A stretch of DNA of 64,000 bases from Octopus sinensis (lineage: Eukaryota). The DNA lies in assembly GCF_006345805.1 (NCBI RefSeq), contig NC_043023.1, positions 7,688,001 through 7,752,000 of the forward strand, read 5' to 3'. Made by a program: the position numbers and the translations under genes. Each line of letters begins with the position of its first letter. The stretch's first letter is position 1. Of this stretch, positions 24,899 through 34,961 are shown piece by piece. Under the pieces are notes generated by a model. That model made no database searches. It had not been told where the DNA came from and worked only from the letters and a program-made list of their open reading frames with translations.

Positions 24899-25976
24899 CC
24901 CAGCAGTGTTTATTGCTCTTGCTCTGGCGCATGACGAACATGTCAGTACAGGAAAATATTTCAATGAGGACCACTCCAATGTGTCTCCAACTTTCAATGT
25001 GACTTGCGGACACAGCATTGTGGTGATGTCTGACACTGATTTATCCATCGTGGCCAAGTGCAGCAACGGCAAGAAATATTACAAATCTGATCCTTGTGAG
25101 TATTGAGGTACTCTTTCTTGACTCTCTCTCTTTTACTCTTTTGTTTCAGTCATGTGACTGCGGCCATGCTGGAGCACCGCCTTTAGTCGAGCAAATCGAC
25201 CCCAGGACTTATTCTTTGTAAGCCCAGTACTTATTCTATCCGTCTCTTTTGCTGAACCGCTAAGTGACGGGGACATAAACACACCAGCATCGGTTGTCAA
25301 GCAATGCTAGGGGGACAAACACAGACACACAAACAGATACACACACACACATATAAATATATACATATATACGACGGGCTTCTTTCAGTTTCCGTCTACC
25401 AAATCCACTCACAAGGCTTTGGTTAGCTCGAGGCTATAGTAGAAGACACTTGTCCAAGGTGCCATGCAGTGGGACTGAACCTGGAACCATGTGGTTGGTA
25501 AAGATACTCACACACACAGACACACATATATATATATATATATATATACATGATGGGTTTCTTTCAGTTTCCATCTACCAAATCCACTCACAAGGTTTGG
25601 TCGACCCAAGGCTATAGTAGAAGATACTTACCCACGGTGCCATGCAGTGGGACTGAACTTGGAACCATGTGGTTGGGAAGCAAGCTACTTATTTTTTTAA
25701 AGCCCACAAGGGCCTACACACAGAAGGGGCAAACAAGGACAGACAATTGGATTAAATCGATTATATTGACTCCAGTGCGTAACTGGTACTTATTTAATCG
25801 ACCCTGAAAGGATGAAAAGCAAAGTCGACCTTGGCAGAATTTGAACTCAGAACGTAGAGGCAGACGAAATACCGCTATGCATTTCGTCCGGTGTGCTAAC
25901 GATTCTGCCAGCTCACTGCCTTCTTACCACAGAGTCACACCTAAAATTTCAAAATAAATAACACGTCCTTGGCTTT

Positions 25977-26009
<33 letters not shown>

Positions 26010-26306
26010 GAGCAGCAATAATAGTAGTAGTAGTAGGAGCAGCAGCAGCAGCAATAATAGTAGTAGTAGTAGTAGCAGCAGCAGCAGCAATAATAGTAGT
26101 AGTAGTAGTAGCAGCAGCAATAGTAGTAGTAGTAGTAGTGTAGTAGCAGCAGCAGCAGCAATAATAGTAGTAGTAGTAGTAGCAGCAGCAATAGTAGTAG
26201 TAGTAGTAGTAGTAGTAGTAATAGTAGTAGTAGTAGTAGCAGCAGCAATAATAGTAGTAGTAGTAGCAGGCAGCAATAATAGTAGTAGTAGTAGCAGCGG
26301 CAGCAA

Positions 26307-26350
<44 letters not shown>

Positions 26351-28946
26351 TTGGCTGTTGTTGTTGTTGTTGTTGCAATTGTTGTTGTAATGATTGTTGT
26401 TGTTGTTGTTGTTGCAGACCTATTGACTGTGGAGATTCCGATATCGTTCACGCGGGAAAAGGTGAGTGAGTGCAGCCTTTATCAGTTCCCAAAGAAGCAC
26501 GTGTACTCGCTGCAGGTGTCCGTGTCGCACATGCACCGGAGCAGGACGAGGGCCGACATCAAGGAGTACGTCATCACGTGTTCGTTCGAGCGGCACGGCA
26601 GAGTAGTCTCCAAAAAGATACCACTGGACGTCGACAGTTTCAACTACGAAGAAATCATCATAAACGAGGGAAAGATGGTCGATATTAAGGTGTCCCTCTT
26701 CTTGGAAAATATGAATGGACAAAAGATTACGGAGAAAATAGAAATCGGAAGAAAGGTATTCATTTATTTGTCTTTTATTAATTCCTTTTACCATCTGACC
26801 GTGGCCGTTGCCAGCGCCGCCCCGACTGGCCTCCGTGCCAGTGGCATGTAAAAAGCACCATCCGACCGTGGCCGTTGCCAGCCTTGCCTGGCACCTGTGC
26901 CGGTGGGACATAAAAAGCACCATCCGATCGTGGCCGTTGCCAGCCTTGCCTGGGCCCCGTGCTGGTGGGACATAAAAAGCACCATCCGATCGTGGCTGTT
27001 GCCAGCCTTGCCTGGCCCCCGTGCCGGTGGAACATAAAAAGCACCATCCGATCGTGGTCATTGCCAGCCTCGCCTGGCCCCCGTGCTGGTGGCACGAAAA
27101 ATGCACCACCCAACTGTGGTCGTTGCCAGCGCCACCCCGACTGGCCTCCGTGCCTGTGGCACGTAAAAAGCACCATCCGATTGTGGCCGTTGGCAGCCCC
27201 GTCTGGCACCTGTGCCGGTGGCATGTAAAAAGCACCATCCGATCGTGGCCATTTGCCAGCCCCGTCTGGCACCTGTGCCAGTGGCACGTAAAAAGCACCA
27301 ACCGATTGTGGCCATTGGCAGCCCCGTCTGGCACCTGTGCCGGTGGCATGTAAAAAGCACCATCCGATCGTGGCCATTTGCCAGCCCCGTCTGGCACCTG
27401 TGCCAGTGGCACGTAAAAAGCACCATCCGACTATGGCCATTTGCCAGCCTCGTCTGGCACCTCTGCCAGTGGCACATAAAAAGCACCCACTACACTCACG
27501 GAGTGGTTGGCGTTAGGAAGGGCATCCAGCTGTAGAAACATTGCCAGATCAGGCTGGACCTGGTGCAGCCTCCTGGCTTCCCAGACCCCAGTTGAACCAT
27601 CCAACCCATGCTACCATGGAAAGCGGACGCTAAATGATGATGATGATGATGACGTTCTAATCATTGGTCAGCGGCCATGCTGGGGCACCGCACTTAGAGT
27701 TCTAATTTTTTAGCTGAATGTATCCATTATTACTAGGTTGAGGAAAAAGTTTGTGTGTCGTGTTAAAATAATGATTTTTTATCTCTTTTACTCTTTTACT
27801 TGTTTCAGTCATTTGACTGCGGCCATGCTGGAGCACGGCCTTTAGTCGAGCAAATACCCCAGGACTTATATTTTGTAAGCCTAGTACTTATTCTATCAGT
27901 CTCTTTTGCCAAACTGCTAAGTTATAGGGACATAAACACACCAGCATCGGTTGTCAAGCAATGCTAGGGGGACAAACACAGACACACAAACATATGCTCA
28001 CACACATATATATGTATATACACATGTATACGATGGACTTCTTTCAGTTTCCGTCTACCAAATCCACTCACAAGGTTTTGGTTGGCCTGAGGCTATAGTA
28101 GAAGACACTTGCCCAAGGTGCCATGCAGTGGGACTGAACCCGGAACCATGTGGTTGGTAAGCAAGCTACTTACCACATCTCTTGACAATCGATGGTGGTG
28201 TATTTATGTCCCCGTAACTTAGTGATTCAGCAAAAGAGACTGATAAAATAAGTACTAGGCTTCCAAAGAATAAGTCCTGGGGTCGATTTGCTCGACTAAA
28301 GGTGGTGCTCCAGCATGGCTACAGTCAATGACTGAAACAAGTAAAAGAGGAAAAGAGTATATATATTTATGTTTATATGTGTGTATATATATGTGAGTCG
28401 ATTTGCTCAACTAAAGGTGGTGCTCCAGCATGGCCGCAGTCGACTGAAACAAGTAAAAGAGTATAATACAAATTTCACATTGCTTATCAGTTCCATCCAC
28501 ACTGACGTTACAGAATTACCTCCCTTTATTCACTTCATGAGATAAAGATAAATTTCAGAGTTAAAAATTGGCTTAGTGGTGAGAGTATTTGGCTCTCAGT
28601 TATAAGGTCGTGAGTTCAATTCCCGGTGATGCATTGTATCCTTAAAAAGGCTACTTTATTTCACATTGCTCCAGTCCAGTCAGCTGGCAAAAATGGGTTG
28701 TACATGTAATTCAAATGGCCAGCCTTATGACACTGTGTCACAAGTAAATCTCCCTGAGAACTTACATTAAAGATATGTGTGTCTGTGGAGTACTCAGCCA
28801 CTTGCATGCTAATTTTACATGCAGGCTGTTCCCTTGATCAGATCAACTGGGATCATCAACATCATAACCGATGAAGTGGCACTTTATATATGTGTGTGTG
28901 TGTGTGCGTGTGTGTGTGTATCTATGCATGCATGTATGTATATATA

Positions 28947-29031
<85 letters not shown>

Positions 29032-29046
29032 TATATTATATATATG

Positions 29047-29080
<34 letters not shown>

Positions 29081-29420
29081 ATATGTTATATATATATATA
29101 TATATAATATATATATATGACCAAAGCCTTGTGAGAGGTTTTAGTAGTTGGAAACTGAAAGAATCCCATCATATACATATATATATGTATATGATGGGAT
29201 TCTTTCAGTTTCCATCTACTAAAACCTCTCACAAGGCTTTGGTCATATATATATATATATATCCTTCTTGGGATCTTTCTTTCTCCTATGTTTCCGACGA
29301 AGAGCTCCGCTTGAAACGTTAAACCCTCCTTCTTCCCTTCTTTCCTGAGTGTCCAATAATACTTTATTTATTCCACGTCCTCGCGTTACTGTGTTTTTTT
29401 GTTTTCTTGTTTGGATTAAC

Positions 29421-29459
<39 letters not shown>

Positions 29460-30227
29460 ATATAATATATATATATATACATTTATATATTTGTTGTGCA
29501 AGATTTTTTATGTGAAGTTATGTATTGAAACAGATATTGTTATATTTCGGAATTGTCATTTTGCCAGTTTAGCCAATAAAAACACACGCACTATATATTT
29601 GGTGTTACTTTGCTTCAGTGTTATTTATTTTTTACATTAATCTTAATTTTATTTTGGCCAGAGTTCTTTCGTCACACTCCTGTGACCGCATCAGTTGTAT
29701 TTCTATTGTATGTCATACAATAGAAATACAAAATGGCTGACGGTTAGTAAGGAGAGACACACAAATAAAAAAGAAGAAAGCAAAGGACCACAGATGAGGT
29801 CACAGGAGTGTGAAGAAAGAACTCTGGCCGAAATAAGATTAAGATTAATGTAAAAAATAAATAACACTGAAGCAAAGTAACACCAAATATATAGTGCGTG
29901 TGTTTTTATTGGCTAAACTGGCAAAATGACAATTCCGAAATATAACAATATATATATATATACTTTGATACTTTGATACTTTGATAGGTTTCGGCCATTA
30001 TTGGCCCAGGCCATGTCTAACTTAATAGCACCACCTGGTGAAGTCTTTCAAGTCAGAATTTGGGCACTATGGCCCACTCAAGTAGAGAGTTATTGTTTAC
30101 AGAGACATATCCGGGTGTAGGGGGTTTATCCGGGATTTCTTGGATATATATATATGAAGGACTTCTTTCAGTTTCCATCTACCAAATCCACTCACAAGGC
30201 TTTGGTCAGCCTGAAGCTATATATATA

Positions 30228-30299
<72 letters not shown>

Positions 30300-30304
30300 C
30301 ATAT

Positions 30305-30345
<41 letters not shown>

Positions 30346-30372
30346 CACACATATATATATATACACATATGT

Positions 30373-30431
<59 letters not shown>

Positions 30432-30539
30432 ATATATATTATATATATATATACACACACCACATATATATCTATATATAATAGATATCTTGACTTTTTT
30501 TCCCATATATATATATACATACACACACACACACACACA

Positions 30540-30570
<31 letters not shown>

Positions 30571-32096
30571 ATAATATATATTATATATATATACATGTTG
30601 GTGTGCTTATGTTCCCATAACCAAGCAGTTCAGCAAAAAAGACTGATAGAATAAGTACTAGGCTTACAAAGAATAAGTCCTGGGGTCTATTTGCTCGACT
30701 AAAGGCGGTGCTCCAGCATGGCCGCAGTCAAATGACTGAAACAAGTAAAAGATAATCCCAAATCACAACAATATGCTTCAACACATGATTTCACATAACA
30801 AGTCTTGCGGCACAAATTCATTAATTATGTACCGTAAATCCTCGAGTATAATCCGCCTTTTTCCCTAAAAATTTAAAGGTCAAAATCCCTAGTGCGTACT
30901 ATATACGAAGTTAAAAATGAAAATTATTTCCCCTGCAATGTCCGAGTCTCTATTTGCTGTCCTGCAATGTTTATTCAGACGCATTTTGTGATGTCGGGTG
31001 CGAAAATACGTTAAGCTAAGCCTGAAAGCAATGAAGTCATAAAAGAATCATCCATAACTTGCAGTAAGCAACATTTATTAAACGTTATTACTGTTATTTC
31101 TTTATTTTCTGCAAACAAAATGCACAAAAAAGCTACACGTTTACATTATGTTATATATACAATAATAATAAAGGACATTACCGTATATATTTTTACAAAC
31201 CAAGGACGTTATCTAGACCTCCTTGACTCAAGTTAGAGAAGGGGTGCGTATTATACACAAGGTTTAGGTTTTTCAGAGGTACAGACCCTAAAAATCCCCT
31301 GCATATTATACTCAAGGGCGGACTATACTCGAGAATTTGTTATATATATAATAATGACTGGGCCTGATGAAGCCTTCTGGCTTCACAGACCCCAGTAGAA
31401 CCGTCCAACCCATGCTAGCATGGAAAGCGGACGCTAAACGATGATGATGATGATGAAAGGACGTTACCGTATACATTTTTACAAACCAAGGACGTTATCT
31501 AGACCTCCTTGACTCAAGTTAGAAAAGGGGTGCGTATTATACACAAGGTTTAGGTTTTTCAGAGGTACAGCCCCCTAAAAATCCCCTGCATATTATACTC
31601 AAGGGCGGACTATAATCGAGGATTTACAGTAATTGATTTTAGCACAAATTCATTAATTATGATAATTAATTTTAAATATAACAGTCAAATTGAAATATGG
31701 ACACAATTCAAAAATCATTTCTTTCTTCCTCATACACAGGTGAAATTGGTGGCCAAAGTGGAACAGGAGAAAAAAGAGAAGCATGGAAGTAGTGGTGTGA
31801 AGGGTATTTTGTTGAGGAATTGTTATGCCAGCGATGAATACGAGAACATCACCATTTTACAGGCGGGTTGCAGCAATGGCAACGTCTTTCCTGTTTTCTC
31901 TGGTTTCAAGACTAACGGGCTGGTTGCCAAGAGCCCCTTCTTCACGATGTTTCAGCTGGTATCAGGGAGCACCCAGATCCAGTTTGAATGTACGTTTGTG
32001 GTGTGCAAGACACCATGTGACGACGACAGCTGCATGCCCGGGGCGCAGAAAGTCGGTGTTGCACCTGAGAACTTCCTGCACAGTCACTGGACATGA
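19515..32096 (+). CDS. Secreted ZP-module protein, mollusc vitelline-envelope (VEZP/VERL-like) type, 304 aa, 4 coding exons
   Basis: Exons 19515-19542, 24904-25095, 26418-26755, 31740-32096 have GT-AG sites and compatible phases (1,1,0), total 915 nt. Signal peptide [18 protein letters not shown]; 10 Cys; ZP-C motif LRNCYAS...[13 protein letters not shown]...[15 protein letters not shown]...QFECTFVVC...C...SC. Confidence 0.8.
21471..21859 (+). mobile_element. Non-autonomous Helitron
   Basis: 3' hairpin CCCG-agcaacac-CGGG followed by CTAG; related copy at 33216-33570. Confidence 0.7.
22045..22139 (+). ncRNA. Type I hammerhead motif with extended stem II, decayed
   Basis: GCGG-CUGAAGA-GGGCUUU...AAAGCUU-GAAA-CAUGUG-UA-CCAC; core intact, with three deviations explained by CpG deamination. 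Confidence 0.6.
22392..23988 (-). mobile_element. Three stacked 5'-truncated R4/Dong-clade LINE fragments separated by (TAA)n
   Basis: CCHC finger CRVC...HVVSKC / CRLC...HIVSEC, RHD, RPDI...LID..P.D....K..KY.DL (REL endonuclease); frameshifted. Confidence 0.88.
23989..24900. repeat. Degenerate (ATT)n microsatellite, about 900 bp
   Basis: Read directly; abuts the ZP exon 2 acceptor. Confidence 0.95.
24904..25095 (+). CDS. ZP gene coding exon 2
   Basis: cag|CA GTG TTT ATT...GAT CCT T|gtgagt; a tandem NAGNAG acceptor allows an alternative start at 24907. Confidence 0.85.
25115..25922 (-). mobile_element. SINE A (full plus partial) and SINE B cluster in ZP intron 2
   Basis: Family matches. Confidence 0.8.
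25978..26414. repeat. (AGT)/(AGC)/(TGT)n triplet microsatellite
   Basis: Read directly; ends at the exon 3 acceptor. Confidence 0.95.
26418..26755 (+). CDS. ZP gene coding exon 3
   Basis: gcag|AC CTA TTG...GGA AGA AAG|gtattc; ECSLY...YVITCSF. Confidence 0.88.
26790..27652 (+). mobile_element. RTE 3'-UTR element with about 11 tandem 62-63 bp units and (GAT)n tail
   Basis: Unit contains aaaaagcaccatccgatcgtggccgttgccagc...; standard RTE tail follows. Confidence 0.8.
27785..28875. mobile_element. Cluster of SINE A fragments and one further tRNA-derived SINE
   Basis: Family A minus 27785-28180, A tail plus 28180-28345, tRNA-like head tggcttagtggtgagag...gagttcaattccc at about 28570. Confidence 0.7.
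29118..29245. repeat. Near-perfect 128-bp palindrome made from a SINE-A fragment
   Basis: 64-bp arms with one mismatch, centred on 29181/29182 in (AT)5. Confidence 0.9.
29290..29324 (+). ncRNA. Minimal hammerhead-like motif with variant CCGACGA core
   Basis: GUUU-CCGACGA-A-GAGC-ucc-GCUU-GAAA-CG-UU-AAAC. Confidence 0.4.
29534..29951. mobile_element. Inverted repeat resembling a Penelope-like pseudo-LTR, with two degenerate hammerheads
   Basis: Arms about 29534-29694 and 29791-29951; central perfect hairpin at 29695-29731. Confidence 0.6.
30832..31629. mobile_element. Tc1/mariner/pogo-like MITE interrupted by an RTE-tail insertion and a 170-bp duplication
   Basis: ta|CCGTAAATCCTCGAGTATA...TATAATCGAGGATTTACAG|ta. 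Confidence 0.65.
31740..32096 (+). CDS. ZP gene terminal coding exon (ZP-C)
   Basis: cag|GTG AAA TTG...TGG ACA TGA; six Cys. Confidence 0.88.
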   Translation: MKLVAKVEQEKKEKHGSSGVKGILLRNCYASDEYENITILQAGCSNGNVFPVFSGFKTNGLVAKSPFFTMFQLVSGSTQIQFECTFVVCKTPCDDDSCMPGAQKVGVAPENFLHSHWT

Positions 32097-32271
32097 GGGC
32101 AGCGAATGGTGAGAGCAGTGGGGGGGGGGCAGTGAAGGTGGTTGGGTGCGATTGGAGGGGGGGTTGTGTGAGAGCGCATGATGAGGGTATGAAGGTGTGT
32201 CTATGTATGAGAGTGTGTGTGTGTGTGTGGTGGTGCTGTAAGGGTGTTTGTGTGAGCATTATGAATGTTTA

Positions 32272-32908
32272 AGAGTTTGTTATTTCTATATTGCCCACAA
32301 GGGGCTAAACATAGAGGGGACAAACAAGGACAGACAAACGGATTAAGTCGATTATATCGACCCCAGTGCGCAACTGGTACTTATTTAATCGACCCCCGAA
32401 AGGATGAAAGGCAAAGTCGACCTTGGCGGAATTTGAACTCAGAACATAGCGGCAGACGAAATACCTATTTCTTTACTACCCACAAGGGGCTAAACTCAGA
32501 GGGGACAAACAAGGACAGACAAACGGATTAAGTCGATTACATCGACCCCAGTGCGTAACTGGTACTTAATTTATGTATTTCTTTACTGCCCACAAGGGGC
32601 TAAACACAGAGAGGACAAACAAGGACAGACAAACGGATTAAGTCAATTACATCGACCCCAATGCGTAACTGGTACTTAATTTATCTATTTCTTTACTGCC
32701 CACAAGGGGCTAAACACAGAGGGGACAAATAAGGACAGACAAACGGATTAAGTCAATTACATCGACCCCAATGCGTAACTGGTACTTAATTTATCAACCC
32801 TGAAAGATTGAAAGGCAAAGTTGATCTTGGCGGAATTTGAACTCAGAACAGCAGACGAAATACCGCGAAGCATTTCGCCCGGCGTGCTAACGTTTCTGCC
32901 AGCTTGCC
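32272..32908 (-). mobile_element. Tandem SINE B units
   Basis: Reverse complement of family B with a repeated 3' module. Confidence 0.8.
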
Positions 32909-33215
32909 GTGTAAGAGTTTGTGTGTTGCGTGTGTGTGTGTGTATATGTGTTGGAGAGTGTTTATGAACATATGTATCTACATACGCATACATACGTATG
33001 TATGTACATACATACATACATACATACATGATTCAGTCATTCCAGAAGCCTGAAAGAGTCGGGCCCCTGTTAGGGGCCTGTGAAACTAGAAGCAGCACAG
33101 AACCAAATCTGTTTTAAGTAACATCAATAATTAATAATATTAGGGTAATAAAGATTTTAGAAATTTTTACTATCTGTGGCCCAGCGTATAGAAAAATTAG
33201 TCAATAGACTATATA

Positions 33216-33570
33216 TCTTTATATATAAGAGTGAAGTTGTGTGTCTGTCTCCTACGATTTAGATTCCTAACTACTCCCACATTTTGCGGTGCAGCCCTTC
33301 TGGGTATTAGCGCGCATCTACAATGAGTCTATGATTTAAAAAAAAATTTACCATAATTTTATTCCATTTTAATGCATTTTTTTCGCTATTATATAAGGGA
33401 AGTAACTCTCTAAAAATGTCTACCATGAGAAACGATTTTTAAAAAAATTTACCATCATTTTTTTTCCATTTTTAATGCATTTTTTTGCTATTTTTTGGCT
33501 ATAACTCTCTAAAAATGCTTATATAGTTATTTCCCTTACAAACCCGAGCAACGCCAGACAATACTGCTAG
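33216..33570 (+). mobile_element. Non-autonomous Helitron (second copy)
   Basis: 5' TC...; 3' cccgagcaacgcc...CTAG; body matches 21471-21859. Confidence 0.7.
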
Positions 33571-33576
33571 TTATTC

Positions 33577-34196
33577 ATATAAATACAGTGTACATTTAAA
33601 CACATAGGAGCTATCCATCATAGGACTCCCTTACGCTAGAAGGAACAGCTAAAGTTCAAACCACTATTAGGGATCGCCTAGTAAATTATTTTATTCACAA
33701 AAAAAGTCTGAAACCATGGTCCAGGAGATAGATAGTAAATGCTTTTATTTTTCAATCCCTTCAAGTTTTTATCCCTAATAGTGGTTTGAGGAACAGCTAA
33801 AGTCCAAACCACTATTAGGGATCGCCTAGTAAATTATTTTATTCACAAAAAAAGTCTGAAACCATGGCCCAGGAGATAGATAGTAAATGCTTTTATTTTT
33901 CATTCCCTTCAAGTATTTATCCCTAATAGCGGTTTGAGGAGCAGCTAAAGTCCAAACAACTATTAGGGATCAGCTAAAGTCCAAACCACTATTAGGGATC
34001 GCCTAGTAAATTATTTTATTCACAAAAAAAGTCTGAAACCATGGCCCAGGAGATAGATAGTAAATGCTTTTATTTTTCAATTCCTTCAAGTTTTTATCCC
34101 TAATAGTGGTTTGGACTTTAGCTGTTCCTTCTAGCATGAAAGAAATCCTAAGACAGATACCTCTTATGTGTTTAAATGTACACTGTATTTATATGC
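33577..34196. mobile_element. MITE with about 110-bp TIRs and an internal triplication
   Basis: catataaatacagtgtacatttaaacacatag...tatgtgtttaaatgtacactgtatttatatg; three about 155-bp internal units. Confidence 0.7.
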
Positions 34197-34201
34197 TTTA
34201 A

Positions 34202-34672
34202 CCCTTTCGTTACTGTATTTATTTTCAGATATTCTGTGTTTCTTCCAATTATTTTAAATATAACAAAGAATTTAGTAAAATAACATCGTTATAATTAAGC
34301 TAGTGTTAGGAACATAAATTGTGTCTAAGGTTTGGTGGAAGATTTTAATTCAAAACTTATGAAAACAAGACATTTGTACTCATATCCAGAGCCGGTTTCA
34401 GCAGGGTTGGTAGCAAAAGGGTTAAGAATTGTTTCTCTATTATATATTTTAACCTTTCGTTACCGTATTTTTTTTAGATGCTCTGTGTTTCTTTCAATTA
34501 ATTTTAAATATAACAAAGAATTTAGTAAAATAACATCGTTATCATTAAGATAGTGTTAGGAACATAAATTGTGACTAAGGTTTGGTGGAAGATTTTAATT
34601 CAGAACTTTTGAAAACCAGAAATTTGTACTAAAGAGCCAGAGCCGGTTTCAGCCGGGTTGGTATCGAAAGGG
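34202..34672. mobile_element. Two piggyBac-like MITEs (about 220 bp) bounded by TTAA
   Basis: TTAA|CCCTTT...AAAGGG|TTAA at 34202-34421 and 34453-34672. Confidence 0.7.
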
Positions 34673-34961
34673 TTAAGTAATATATATATGCATGCATGCA
34701 TGTATGTATGTATGTATATACACATATTTTTGAATTTCAATAAATCTTCATATATTTTCTGTGTGCTTTTCGCTTCCTTTATTTCTTCTGTTCTATTATT
34801 TGGATTAATAATTATTTAGAAATGTATCTTCGTTATAATTATAAACGAGAAAATTGCATCAAAGCTGCATGATAGTGGTGTCAGATGTAGCACGCAGACT
34901 CTTGCACAAATTGCTTTATTCTCATCTTCTATTTTATTTTGATATGTGCATTGTGTTTTTA

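Noticed and set aside
31368-31395. CUGAUGA motif in RTE tails
   Set aside because: Not followed by a stem II-GAAA arrangement, so it is a chance match.
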